Shown: positions 26,701 through 34,886 of the stretch, in pieces
Layout of the letters: each line of letters starts with the position of its first letter
Numbering within the stretch: the first letter of the stretch is position 1
Virus record (IMG/VR): IMGVR_UViG_3300044769_000044
Coordinates: 1 to 46,895 of that record
DNA from: a virus
Lineage: Duplodnaviria > Caudoviricetes
Direction: 5' to 3' (one strand)
Length of the DNA stretch: 46,895 nt
Notes under the pieces: generated by a model
Told to the model about the DNA's origin: nothing
The model's input: only the letters and a program-made list of their open reading frames with translations
Database searches by the model: none
Translations under genes and position numbers: made by a program

Positions 26701-27780
26701 CCCGATGGTCAGCCACGCCCCACCCGCGGTGTTCGTGGTGCCCGTGTGGCTGTCCAGGCCGTCGGGGCGCACGTAGAAGTTCGAGCCCGACGGCGGCGCT
26801 CCTGAGCGCGTGACCGTGATCACGTCCGAGCCCATGTTGCCCGTCGTATCGAGGCACGTGACCGTGATGACGTTGGAGCCGACGGAGAGGGCGACGCTCG
26901 CCACGCTCCACGACGTCGTGCCGCTGGTGGACCCGCTCCCGCCGAGGCTGTTGCTATACGCGCAGCTACTGACGGCGACGTTGTCCGAGGCGACGCCGCC
27001 CAGGGCCACCGTCGAGCCCGTGCCGTTGTCAAAGGTGGGCGAGGACGTCGGGACCGTGACCGTCACCGACGGCGCGATGGTGTCGGTGCGCGTGACGGTG
27101 AGCACGTCGGACCCGGATCCGCCGGGGTAGGTACACGTCACCGTGATGACGTTCGAGCCGAAGCTCAGCGCGATATTGGAGACTGACCACGCGGTGGTCC
27201 CGCTGGTCGTGCCACTCCCACCGAGGCTGTTGACCCACGTGCAGGAGGTCAGCGGGCGGTCGGACGTGGCGATCCCCGACAACGTCGCGAGCGTGCCACT
27301 CGACCCGGCGTCGAAGGTGCTCCCCGCCGTGGGGACGGTGATCGTCACCGCGACATTGACGCCCGTGAGGACGTCACCCGCGATGACTTGGAAGTTGAGC
27401 GGGGCGCTGGGCCGCGCCTGCGCCACGGACTGCATCGGCCCGCCGACGAGCACCGCAAGCGCCACGACCGCGAGCCCGATCCACTTGCGGACGCGCTTGC
27501 CGAGCGGGATCGCCTCCATCATCTCCAGCCGCCGCATCAACGGTAGACAGCGACCGTCGGCATGACACGTCAGGCACACGGGCTTGTTACAGACCGCGCA
27601 CCACGCGCCGGCTTCTTCCTTGGGCGGGCCGATCAACTGCGGAATGTAGTACGTGGTGCAGCCGGTGCCAGGCTTCACCATGACAATCCGGTTGCAGTGG
27701 GCGCAGGTAATCGTGTCGCGCTCCAGCGTGCGACCGTTCTCCGCGTTGACCACGACCACGTAGCCTTGTGGCCTGAGCAC
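23701..27780 (-). CDS. Large multidomain protein: Zn-finger, TM/signal, two Ig-like domains, two beta-helix domains
   Basis: CAHC/CAVC/CLTC N-terminus; WIGLAVVALAVLVGG-SVAQA; duplicated NSLGGSG...GSNVITVTC; FYVRPDG.D and AGDT..V.PGTY beta-helix caps. Confidence 0.8.
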   Translation of the reverse strand: MLRPQGYVVVVNAENGRTLERDTITCAHCNRIVMVKPGTGCTTYYIPQLIGPPKEEAGAWCAVCNKPVCLTCHADGRCLPLMRRLEMMEAIPLGKRVRKWIGLAVVALAVLVGGPMQSVAQARPSAPLNFQVIAGDVLTGVNVAVTITVPTAGSTFDAGSSGTLATLSGIATSDRPLTSCTWVNSLGGSGTTSGTTAWSVSNIALSFGSNVITVTCTYPGGSGSDVLTVTRTDTIAPSVTVTVPTSSPTFDNGTGSTVALGGVASDNVAVSSCAYSNSLGGSGSTSGTTSWSVASVALSVGSNVITVTCLDTTGNMGSDVITVTRSGAPPSGSNFYVRPDGLDSHTGTTNTAGGAWLTIGKCASTIVAGDTCRVQPGTYSASITETTSGTSGNTITYVADGAVTLNGTFTTTGNYVRIIGFTFVCGGAQACVSTQDSDGIEVWNSTFSGFVEGALVTTGPIVGENDDNLIFLGNTMNGVYGVDNQQVAIYGSHNLAAYNTHNMAGNDYYTFYGPGFRVFNNYAWGPAHTPHNGQHSDFAQTGWCCSRTVGTEGATIEANFYVGNPPGDNQHFSNQETSPDNSGNLLYRRNVIHNNAGGAHGIFNFTTVYIAQETYIDTQVSDPAGTSSILTRFGTFTRVNNSLFQDVWNAVITNAAVHDFDGSPGTSSFNLAWDASIGAAESYCCVFGASATNIKTQQPLFADYANDLFYPTAVSPARNAAGPLTTVSGSGTGTTFTVASGGAGFFRGFDASIAQYGGNLAAGDIITIGTDVRRILSISGNTITVTSSFTWANGDGVYYGNNAIDNAIGAYPYRATYTLTGTYTCNGSTCTVVSSDSTITRMVVCYESNVPYQVVIDAPYVCTDPAGTFEARVYPLYASKTLWAVATDGNLFARHVANKCTFNGNGTAASPCAASAGAAGPYNNLQSALTAAVSGDTVIVYGPESGNSDYVTANGTGYTGAAGFTFGNSGSVGNLITLRNAAGEHPVLRPCVAAETNLTNCNRPTLDAYNKQYIKITSDSCPTSGATSLGLHIYGGVYLYDDTNSSEALMSQGSEISCTEIERGYASFDDGNWAGIFTFGQYGLTLRHNSIHDITYAGMTNTGAQSSTSGVKMFLTSFSTARNNTINHVIPTQAGGFDCKADCVSNQIYENDIRDVSICVRLENQETAGGPYTANGSTGSVVRNNLCVSAAGSVRGAIRLEDGKTTTVSIYNNTFVNFIYGLEEVHGGASVCQGVTHYNNAYYGTTDAHVYLGDGTGTECTFALSNYNIFGTAGSSPRYRYNGTHNALAAYQAASGFDANSTELAEASFLFTNVGSGIYTLQAPSPLNSAGKVGGVVGGAAVDVGAYTDTISCVGHTCG

Positions 27781-27784
27781 CGGG

Positions 27785-28102
27785 TTAGTCCTTGAGGAAC
27801 GCCACCGCGATCGCCTGACTCGCAGGCGTGACCGCTACAATCACGGTCCCGTCCGCGTCAAAGTCGGGCATCACAAAGTCCGGCTGCGTCGCGCGCATAA
27901 TCTGCGTCACGATCACAGGGCCGTACTGATTGACCATCGCCTTCAGGTCGTCGTTGACATGGGCCGCGGCCTGCGCCCGGCGCGATGCGATCTCGACGCG
28001 CGTGGCTTCGGCGTGCGCGGCTTGGAGCGAGGCCGCGTCCTCGGAGGGGGCAAACACGTCGAGCGTGCGCCCGTCTCCGAGCGTGACGCGGTACTTCGCC
28101 AT
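27785..28102 (-). CDS. Hypothetical protein, paralog of 28111-28299
   Basis: YRVTLGDGRTLDVFAPSE. Confidence 0.7.
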   Translation of the reverse strand: MAKYRVTLGDGRTLDVFAPSEDAASLQAAHAEATRVEIASRRAQAAAHVNDDLKAMVNQYGPVIVTQIMRATQPDFVMPDFDADGTVIVAVTPASQAIAVAFLKD

Positions 28103-28110
28103 CGCCGCCC

Positions 28111-28299
28111 TTACTTGACCTTGACCGCGCTGACCGGCGCCGAAAAGTCGGGCTGTCCAGACTTCCCCAGTTTGTTGTGGCGCTCGGATGAGACGCGGCT
28201 CGCTTCGGCCTTCTTCGCGTGCGTGAGGGCGTCGGCTTCGCTCGGCGCGTTCACGTCGAGCGTGCGGCCGTCTTCGAGAGTGACAGTGAATGTTGACAT
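28111..28299 (-). CDS. Hypothetical protein, paralog of 27785-28102
   Basis: FTVTLEDGRTLDVNAPSE. Confidence 0.7.
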   Translation of the reverse strand: MSTFTVTLEDGRTLDVNAPSEADALTHAKKAEASRVSSERHNKLGKSGQPDFSAPVSAVKVK

Positions 28300-28334
28300 C
28301 TTAAGTCCTTTGTTGTCAGATACTTACGTCGATG

Positions 28335-28787
28335 TCATTCCTCATCACTGTGCGTTTGCGCGGTGATGACCGGCGTGCCCGTGCTGACGGTATCCGTCTG
28401 AATTCCGAGCCCGTTCGACGCGGTCGCTGGCAGCACCAGCTCTCCGCCGGGCGCCGCGATCCAGCGATAGGTCGCGCGCTGGTTGAGCGGGATGTTCAGC
28501 AGGATCGCGCCCGCGGTGTAGGTCGGCTCGACGGTGTGGTTCTCGCCCGCGTCGTATTCCGTGGTGCTCGAGGCGGTATCCAGGTTCTGCGGGGTCACCG
28601 AGGTACTGGTGCCCGCGGCGGAACAGCGCTGGATCGTCCACAGGATCGCGGCATCGGCCGGAGTCGCCTCCGAGCCGAACGAGATTTCGTAGACGCGCAG
28701 CCTGCGTGGGCGCGTCGCATCCGCGGTCAACGATCCCAGCGACGCCGTGGTGCTGGCGGTGCGCTGCATGTCTACGGCAAACTTCAT
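28335..28787 (-). CDS. Putative structural beta-sandwich protein
   Basis: Thr/Ala-rich; GAGG RBS; structural block. Confidence 0.65.
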   Translation of the reverse strand: MKFAVDMQRTASTTASLGSLTADATRPRRLRVYEISFGSEATPADAAILWTIQRCSAAGTSTSVTPQNLDTASSTTEYDAGENHTVEPTYTAGAILLNIPLNQRATYRWIAAPGGELVLPATASNGLGIQTDTVSTGTPVITAQTHSDEE

Positions 28788-28858
28788 GTACGTATCCTCG
28801 TCGCGACTCTCGTGTGTCCGTCGTCGGCGTCGGCATCAGCCGACCCGGCGGGCCGTGC

Positions 28859-29170
28859 TTAGTCCCGAATGAACACCGTGACGACCCACGTCCCCGCGAC
28901 GGTGCCGTTGTCGATGCTCAGCCCCGTCACCGGCTGCGGCGGCTTCGCACCCCAGAGGTCGTTGTCGTCGGCGGTCGTCGCTTTCGTGACGTAATCAGCG
29001 AGAATGCTCCCGCTGCCTGGCGTGCCGGTATCCCGCACGGTGATCCGTTGTGCGGCCGTGAGGCCCGCGCCCTGAAATGTGATCCCGACCACGAGCATCA
29101 GGTAGGGGAACACGATCCCTTCGTTGACCGCCGTGAACGTCACCGAGCGTGGTTGTCGTGCGACCGTCAT
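28859..29170 (-). CDS. Putative small structural protein
   Basis: Beta-rich; AAGGAG RBS. Confidence 0.6.
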   Translation of the reverse strand: MTVARQPRSVTFTAVNEGIVFPYLMLVVGITFQGAGLTAAQRITVRDTGTPGSGSILADYVTKATTADDNDLWGAKPPQPVTGLSIDNGTVAGTWVVTVFIRD

Positions 29171-29337
29171 ACCGTGTGCTCCTTGCGCTCGCGTCGCCGC
29201 GGCGGTTCGCTCTGCGGTTTCTCGTCGGTAAACTTGGCCGGTGAATCGGCCCAGCCGTTCCGCAACATCCGCTGGATCTCGGCGTCATCGCTCACGATGC
29301 GCGCGGGCTCCGTGCGGTGATATAGCCACGACGCCAT
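29167..29337 (-). CDS. 56-aa hypothetical protein (not in ORF track)
   Basis: MASWLYHRTEPARIV...GWADSP; TAATG and ATGA couplings. Confidence 0.65.
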   Translation of the reverse strand: MASWLYHRTEPARIVSDDAEIQRMLRNGWADSPAKFTDEKPQSEPPRRRERKEHTV

Positions 29338-29552
29338 TACGTCATCCGCTCCAGGCGCATCGCCACAGTCCGCGCACCCAATGCCGCCATCGGACCAAAC
29401 TCGTTCGCGACCGCACGCGCGACGGTAGCCGCCTCCGCGAGGGCCTGACGGCGAATCCGCTCGGCGTAACGACGCACCGCATCGTCACGCTCGCGATCTC
29501 CGAGGCCCACCGTTGCAGGCTGAACCACTGCCGCAATCTGCGTCGCATTCAT
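29337..29552 (-). CDS. Hypothetical protein
   Basis: ATGA-coupled MNATQIAA... Confidence 0.55.
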   Translation of the reverse strand: MNATQIAAVVQPATVGLGDRERDDAVRRYAERIRRQALAEAATVARAVANEFGPMAALGARTVAMRLERMT

Positions 29553-30226
29553 CGCCCTCCGCCCTTCAGCGACTGGCCCCACAACGGTGAACTCGCCCGC
29601 AGAAATGCCCACACCGCCTGTAAGCGGTAGCCCTCGGTAATCCGCCCGCCGCGGTGAATGCCTGAGGTGTTGACGAGCAGGGCCGTCCCCTTCGGTCCTG
29701 TACACGACACGACGCGCTCGGGCGGCACCACGAGGGTGCCGAGCACGTACTTCTGCGGCGCGCACAGGTCGACGTCGCCGCGGTGGCTTCCGCGGAGGTA
29801 TTCCAGCGGCCCCTGCGCGGGTCCGATGTCGCTCAGATACAGAAACAGCTTCAGGACCGGGATATCTTCGTGGTCGCGATGCCAGAGCTGCGAATGCGCG
29901 AACGCGTGAGCCGTGGGACGCACGCCCCAGAATTCCGCCGAGAAGCACTCCACCGGCTCGCCAGCCACCGCCGCTAATCGGCGCTGAATAGGCGGGATCA
30001 GTGCGCGCAACGCTGGCGCCAACGTGGCCCCGCGGCTGCTCAACAGGAACGGTTTTGATTTCAGCGCGTACCGCTTCGGATCCGCGACCGCGCCCGCCGA
30101 CCATCGCTCGCCCGCCTCGGTCACGCACGCGATCTGCTCGCGCGTCCACAGGTCCGCGGGATCGATATAGGCTACGCCGTCGCGCTGCGCGGTCTCGATG
30201 GCCTGCTCGTGTGCGACGGCGATCAC
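29549..30226 (-). CDS. PhyH-like 2OG-Fe(II) dioxygenase
   Basis: WHRD...LKLFLYL.D...GPL.Y..GSH...IHRG; GTG start overlaps upstream stop. Confidence 0.8.
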   Translation of the reverse strand: MIAVAHEQAIETAQRDGVAYIDPADLWTREQIACVTEAGERWSAGAVADPKRYALKSKPFLLSSRGATLAPALRALIPPIQRRLAAVAGEPVECFSAEFWGVRPTAHAFAHSQLWHRDHEDIPVLKLFLYLSDIGPAQGPLEYLRGSHRGDVDLCAPQKYVLGTLVVPPERVVSCTGPKGTALLVNTSGIHRGGRITEGYRLQAVWAFLRASSPLWGQSLKGGGR

Positions 30227-31026
30227 GCGTGGACCTCTTCGAGCCGTTCTTTCGGTCCCAGATAGCCCGCCGGTGGTGGATGCTCGATGCGCTCTTTCCG
30301 TGACGCTTCGATCACATGCTTGGGCGGCAGCTCGAGGCCATCCGCGCCGGTCTTCACCGCCTCGGGCGCTTTCTTTGTCCACACGCGCTTCGTGTAGGCG
30401 TCCACGAGGACGCCCTGCTCGTCGTGGGATTCGTAGCCGTACAACTCTTTGGGATCGGCCAGCAGCGTGCAGGTGTCCGGCATGACCAGCGTCACGCCCA
30501 CCGCCTCCGCGCGACCCATCCAATACTCCGTGCTCCCGCGCTGCGTGCCGTACTCGCAATCCGGCGAGTAGTTCACGCCGAAGAATCCCAGATGCGTCAC
30601 GCCCTCGGTCAGCGCGAGCGCGATCATGTAGGCCACGTGCGACGTGAAGTACGGCCGCGCGAGACCAAACGAGACATGCTCCAGCGGATAGCGAATCGAC
30701 GCGGGCACATCGGTAAAGTGCTCCTGCATGTAGATCGGCACGGGGTTGGTCGAGAGCCACTTGAGGTACTTCTTGCCCTTGTGGTTCGTCTGCTCCCAGC
30801 ACTCCCGCCGATGCAGATCGAAATAGCGATCGGGTTGTCGGCGATACATCCCGCGGCTGGACGCGTGCCCCCAGAGTTCCCACGAGGGATCGACCCAGGG
30901 GGCAAACGCCAAGCTCCGCTCGTGACTGCCGAGAAAGCCCACCTTGCGCAGACGGCCGATCCCCGCCGTCGGAGGCTTGCGAACCTCCGGAGCGACCTCG
31001 ACGGCGGGAACCAGCGCGACTGCCAT
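30223..31026 (-). CDS. Putative glycosyltransferase (sialyltransferase/Maf-like fold)
   Basis: KVGFLGS, DRYFDLH, TS.VAYMIALA..EG...LGFFGVN pattern. Confidence 0.5.
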   Translation of the reverse strand: MAVALVPAVEVAPEVRKPPTAGIGRLRKVGFLGSHERSLAFAPWVDPSWELWGHASSRGMYRRQPDRYFDLHRRECWEQTNHKGKKYLKWLSTNPVPIYMQEHFTDVPASIRYPLEHVSFGLARPYFTSHVAYMIALALTEGVTHLGFFGVNYSPDCEYGTQRGSTEYWMGRAEAVGVTLVMPDTCTLLADPKELYGYESHDEQGVLVDAYTKRVWTKKAPEAVKTGADGLELPPKHVIEASRKERIEHPPPAGYLGPKERLEEVHA

Positions 31027-31029
31027 GGA

Positions 31030-31848
31030 CTACGAGAGACCCGGATCCGTGGCCGCGGCGTAGACGTACGGGTAATCGAGGAACACCGGCACGGCGACGC
31101 CCGTGTGCGATGCCGCCGACGTGACGGCCGTGGTGGCCGCGCCCGTGACGAACATGCCGTAGATAATCCGCTGCGGGGTGGACGTGGTGTTGACCACCGC
31201 CGTCATGCCCGCCGCGGGAGTGGACACAGAGCCCGCCACGATCGGCACGTAGGCGGAGGTGATCCCTGACGTGCCGCCAGACTCCTGCGCCGAGCACGCG
31301 CCGTAGATCTGCACCCAGCCCCAGGTGTCCGACCCGGTGGTGATTTCCGCGACGACACCAACCGCGCCTTGATGGCTAGAGGTCAGGACCGACGAGGTAA
31401 AGAGGCCATCATTCGAGATGGACACCACGACACCGCTATGCACGGTCTCCTGGAAGTCCACCAGAATGTACGCCTTGCCGTTTTCGACCTTGATCGCGCC
31501 GAGTGGCATGCGGTAGTCCGGCAGAACCCCGTCCGGGTTGCCGCCCGTGCCGACCAACCCCACCGCGCCATCGCGCTGGAAGTTGAATCGGGCGCGGGCG
31601 CCCGCGAAGACGGCCGCGCCGGCGGCGTGCGGACGGGCCTGTGACTCGTAGCCGCGCTGGACTTCGACGATGCCCGAGACGGGCACGTTGAGGACCAGCA
31701 TCGACTCGCCTTCGATCACGAGGACCGACTGCGGCGAGGTCAGCGAGCCGAGCCCGTTGACGCCAGACGTGGACCCAATCGCGAAGCGGGTCTGCTTGCC
31801 GTCGATGTTGGGCGTGAGCGTGGTCGTAGTGAGAGCAGGAATAGCCAT
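31030..31848 (-). CDS. Capsid decoration / cement-like protein
   Basis: Directly after coat; IEGESM...VQRGY..., GWVQIYG. Confidence 0.55.
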   Translation of the reverse strand: MAIPALTTTTLTPNIDGKQTRFAIGSTSGVNGLGSLTSPQSVLVIEGESMLVLNVPVSGIVEVQRGYESQARPHAAGAAVFAGARARFNFQRDGAVGLVGTGGNPDGVLPDYRMPLGAIKVENGKAYILVDFQETVHSGVVVSISNDGLFTSSVLTSSHQGAVGVVAEITTGSDTWGWVQIYGACSAQESGGTSGITSAYVPIVAGSVSTPAAGMTAVVNTTSTPQRIIYGMFVTGAATTAVTSAASHTGVAVPVFLDYPYVYAAATDPGLS

Positions 31849-31850
31849 CG

Positions 31851-33083
31851 TTATGCTCCCTGGACGCGAATCGCGCCCCACTCCGGCCGGAGCAAGTTCC
31901 AGCCGAAGAAGATGTCGAGACGCGCAAGGTTCTCGTCGTTTTCGAGGTCGTAGTTTTTGGTCATGCGCATCGAGATGCCCGCTTCGTCATCTCGTGCGAA
32001 GACGCACACCGGCGCGTCCACGTCTTCCGCGTCGGCCATGCACAAGACCACCGTGCCCGGCGCGAAGATGAGGCCCTGTGACGTCGAGGTCGCCGTCAGC
32101 GAGCCCGCCGCCGCAACGCCCCAGACCAGGAACGCCGCGTTATCGACCGGCAACGCCGAGACGTTCTGCTGTGGGCCGGACGCATACATGGCTGGCGTGA
32201 ACGAGGCCGTTCCGTCTGCGCTGATGTCGGCCGTCAGCGCGAACTGACGCAATCGGCCCGTGCTGGAGAAGTTGGCCGAGTTCACCTCAAACACGTTCGC
32301 GATAGTGAAGACGTCGCCTTCCTTGAGCGCACCAGACGCGGAGGTCAGCGCATCGATCCCGATCGTGGACATCCCCTCAGAAAAGCTCGCCTGATTGACC
32401 AGGATCGTCGCGCTGGTGAAGCTGCCCGTGGTGTGCCGCGCCACGTTCGGCGAGGCTTTCCACGTCTCGATGCCCAGTGCCATAGGCCCGGAGAACTCGC
32501 CCTTCTTGAACGAGCGCGAGGAGCCAAACCCGACGTTCGCGTTGCCCTTCTGGGCGTCTGCGATCACCGCGCTCTGATCCGAGGACAGGATCGCGGTGAG
32601 GTCGTCGGTCTTCCCCATCATGTCGTTCAGCTTTGCCACACCCTGCGCATAGGTGAGGTTCGCGGTGGGCGAGACGCCAACCGTGCCGATCGAGTTGGGG
32701 ATCTTCTTGTAGAGGCGCTGAAAGCCCTGCGACTCCATGTACTGGACGATGTGATTCACGCAGGGCTGAATCACCGTGCGGCGAATTTCCGATTTCTCCA
32801 GTGACAGCGTGTAGGTGGAGAGCGGGACGCCAGAGTTGTACTGGTCGGTGATGGTGAGCGGCGTGGTCTGATCGATGTACTGCTGACGCGCGAATTTCGC
32901 CCCGCTCGCGCCACGCGGCCGATACGGCAAGCGCGCCTGGATTTGCGCGCCGACCTTCGCGCCCTTGACCTTGAACTGGGGGTCATAGGAGCGATCGGCG
33001 CTGTCAGTCAGAATCGTGCGGTTGCGATACTCCCGCGCGATGTCATTGATCACCCACTGCGGAGTGATGACAGATGCGGCCAT
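31851..33083 (-). CDS. Major capsid protein (P22 gp5-like)
   Basis: KVG..I..RLP, LKEGDVFTIANV, LRQF, C-terminal RLDIFFG...LRPEW. Confidence 0.9.
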   Translation of the reverse strand: MAASVITPQWVINDIAREYRNRTILTDSADRSYDPQFKVKGAKVGAQIQARLPYRPRGASGAKFARQQYIDQTTPLTITDQYNSGVPLSTYTLSLEKSEIRRTVIQPCVNHIVQYMESQGFQRLYKKIPNSIGTVGVSPTANLTYAQGVAKLNDMMGKTDDLTAILSSDQSAVIADAQKGNANVGFGSSRSFKKGEFSGPMALGIETWKASPNVARHTTGSFTSATILVNQASFSEGMSTIGIDALTSASGALKEGDVFTIANVFEVNSANFSSTGRLRQFALTADISADGTASFTPAMYASGPQQNVSALPVDNAAFLVWGVAAAGSLTATSTSQGLIFAPGTVVLCMADAEDVDAPVCVFARDDEAGISMRMTKNYDLENDENLARLDIFFGWNLLRPEWGAIRVQGA

Positions 33084-33085
33084 GG

Positions 33086-34051
33086 TTAGTACCTGTAGCC
33101 AGCCTTCCGTCGCTCAGCGAGTTCGGCTTCCTCAGTACGGATGTGATCCTTTAGTGAGGTGCCGGGTCGCGTGGTGTCAACGGTGCTGGCAGAGGCGCCG
33201 CCGCCAACCGTCTTCGACGGTGGGGCAGGCGCACTGGTGACGGGTTTCGACGCCTTCGCAGGCGTCAGAAGTTGTGCTTCGAGTCGGGCGAGTGCTTGGT
33301 TAAGGGCGACGTTGGTCCGGGCCGTGGCCACGGATTCGAGGAGCGCGGGGTCTTTACCCAGCCGGTACGCCATCTCGCCGCCGACGTCCGAGGCGGCCAT
33401 GAACGCACCGATGTCAGCCCCGCGTGGGTTGCCCTTCAAGGACTCCACGACTGTGTCAATCACCGCGTCGAAATCGCTGTACCGCTCCCGCGCCTTTTCC
33501 GCGTGCTGCTCAAGCTTCTGCTCGCGCTCCACGGCGGTGCGGTGGACGGTCTCCCGAGTTCGCGTGTCTCGGGCGCGTGCATCTCTCCAGACATCGCGAG
33601 CGTCATCGCGCTCGTCGAGATACGCCTCATAGGGCTTGGCTTCGTTCTCGCCCACGGCCCACGCGACGTAGTCAGGGAACCTGAACTTCTCACCAGTAGG
33701 AGCAGCGCCTACAGTCGCGGGCGTGCGGGTGACCGCCGCCTCTTCACGGCGCAACCGTTCGATGCGGTCGCGAGTTTCATGTTCTTCACGCTTCAGTGCG
33801 TCGATGTCCCGCTGGATGCGGGCCTTGCGTTCGTCCGCGCGGCTCCGGCGCAAGGTCTTCGCGGCCTCTGAGACGTCGGTATCGGGCTTGGTGCCGTCGG
33901 CTTCCTGTTCCGGTGTCTCAGCGACGGCGGCGACTAGCGTCTCTTCGACAACTGGCGCGGCGGGCGTCTCGGTGACGGCGTCAGCCGGGCGCAGTTCCGC
34001 CTCTTCGGCGGCGATGTGGTCACGAAGCGAGGGCGCAGGAACGGTGCTCAT
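33086..34051 (-). CDS. Scaffolding protein
   Basis: Charged coiled coil, RYSDFDAV, EMAY.LGK; directly upstream of coat. Confidence 0.8.
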   Translation of the reverse strand: MSTVPAPSLRDHIAAEEAELRPADAVTETPAAPVVEETLVAAVAETPEQEADGTKPDTDVSEAAKTLRRSRADERKARIQRDIDALKREEHETRDRIERLRREEAAVTRTPATVGAAPTGEKFRFPDYVAWAVGENEAKPYEAYLDERDDARDVWRDARARDTRTRETVHRTAVEREQKLEQHAEKARERYSDFDAVIDTVVESLKGNPRGADIGAFMAASDVGGEMAYRLGKDPALLESVATARTNVALNQALARLEAQLLTPAKASKPVTSAPAPPSKTVGGGASASTVDTTRPGTSLKDHIRTEEAELAERRKAGYRY

Positions 34052-34070
34052 AAACGTGCGTACAAACGAA

Positions 34071-34108
34071 AAGGGCCGGGCTGCTGGATGTTCAGCAGAA
34101 CGGCCCTT
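34071..34108 (-). terminator. Terminator-like hairpin after tRNA
   Basis: AAGGGCCG..CTGCTG-loop-CAGCAG..CGGCCCTT followed by TTCGTTT. Confidence 0.55.
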
Positions 34109-34154
34109 GCGCCAGAGGCCCATATGCGGGCGTGGTCTTCAGGTCGTATTTAAT

Positions 34155-34231
34155 TGGACCCCAAGGCTGGACTTGAACCAGCAACCACCGGGGTAATCAG
34201 CCCCGTCGCTCTACCATTGAGCTACTCGGGA
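34155..34231 (-). tRNA. Atypical tRNA, anticodon GAT (Ile by anticodon)
   Basis: Cloverleaf TCCCGAG/CTTGGGG, GCTC/GAGC, CGGGG-CTGATTA-CCCCG, GCTGG-TTCAAGT-CCAGC, encoded CCA. Confidence 0.8.
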
Positions 34232-34291
34232 AGATCTATCGACCGCGCCCGCAACCGCGCGAGCGTAGCCTGAGTGTCAAGTGTGCGCCTA

Positions 34292-34474
34292 CTAACCAAC
34301 CTTCGTCAAGCGAATCCTTTGCGGCTCACACGGCACTTCGATGCTGTTCGGGTGCCCCTGCGCGAAGTGAATTACAATCGGCCCCGTGTGCCGTGTCTTG
34401 TAGAGCGTGTCCAGCGTCTCAGCAAACGTCATGTCACGCGAGAACACCAGCACGCTCTGGGGCTCCTGCTCCAT
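34292..34474 (-). CDS. Small YezD/DUF2292-like protein
   Basis: TGPIVIHFAQG.PNSIE pattern. Confidence 0.45.
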   Translation of the reverse strand: MEQEPQSVLVFSRDMTFAETLDTLYKTRHTGPIVIHFAQGHPNSIEVPCEPQRIRLTKVG

Positions 34475-34476
34475 CG

Positions 34477-34800
34477 TCAGCGGCGTCTCTCGTCGTTCGC
34501 TTTCGGCTCGGCCGCTTGCACTTCCAGCAGCGCGCGAATGGCGACCAGCTCGCCGAGCAGCGTCGGCACGGACTCCTCTGGTTCCTGCCAATTACTCGTG
34601 CAGAGCGATACCGCCTTAGGCGCCAGCGCATCGGCGATCCGCATGAGCGCGTTGAGCGTGCCGTTCGCGATGTGTGGCTGCGCGTGAGACTCCACGGCCC
34701 GCTCACGATAGTAGTCGCGCTCTTTTCGCAAATGGGTGACGTAGTTCTCTGTATAGCCGCCCTCAATGTCAAGCCATCGCAGGATCCACCGCTTGATCAT
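34477..34800 (-). CDS. Hypothetical protein
   Basis: MIKRWILRWL... Confidence 0.55.
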   Translation of the reverse strand: MIKRWILRWLDIEGGYTENYVTHLRKERDYYRERAVESHAQPHIANGTLNALMRIADALAPKAVSLCTSNWQEPEESVPTLLGELVAIRALLEVQAAEPKANDERRR

Positions 34801-34886
34801 CGCTCGGCCTGCCTGCACAGCGACATCGTGACAGCGAAGCCGATGAAGAACAATTTCCAGAAGTCTACTTGCCGGTCGTTAACCAC
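34797..34886 (-). CDS. 29-aa hydrophobic peptide
   Basis: GGAGG RBS, GTG start, FWKLFFIGFAVTMSL. Confidence 0.4.
   Translation of the reverse strand: MVNDRQVDFWKLFFIGFAVTMSLCRQAER

Noticed and set aside
30227-31297. N-terminal 357 aa of the 582-aa ORF
   Set aside because: Overlaps two better genes in other frames; the dioxygenase begins at GTG 30226
34105-34145. CTGAAGA plus hairpin as a hammerhead ribozyme
   Set aside because: Required GAAA after stem II and the other stems are missing
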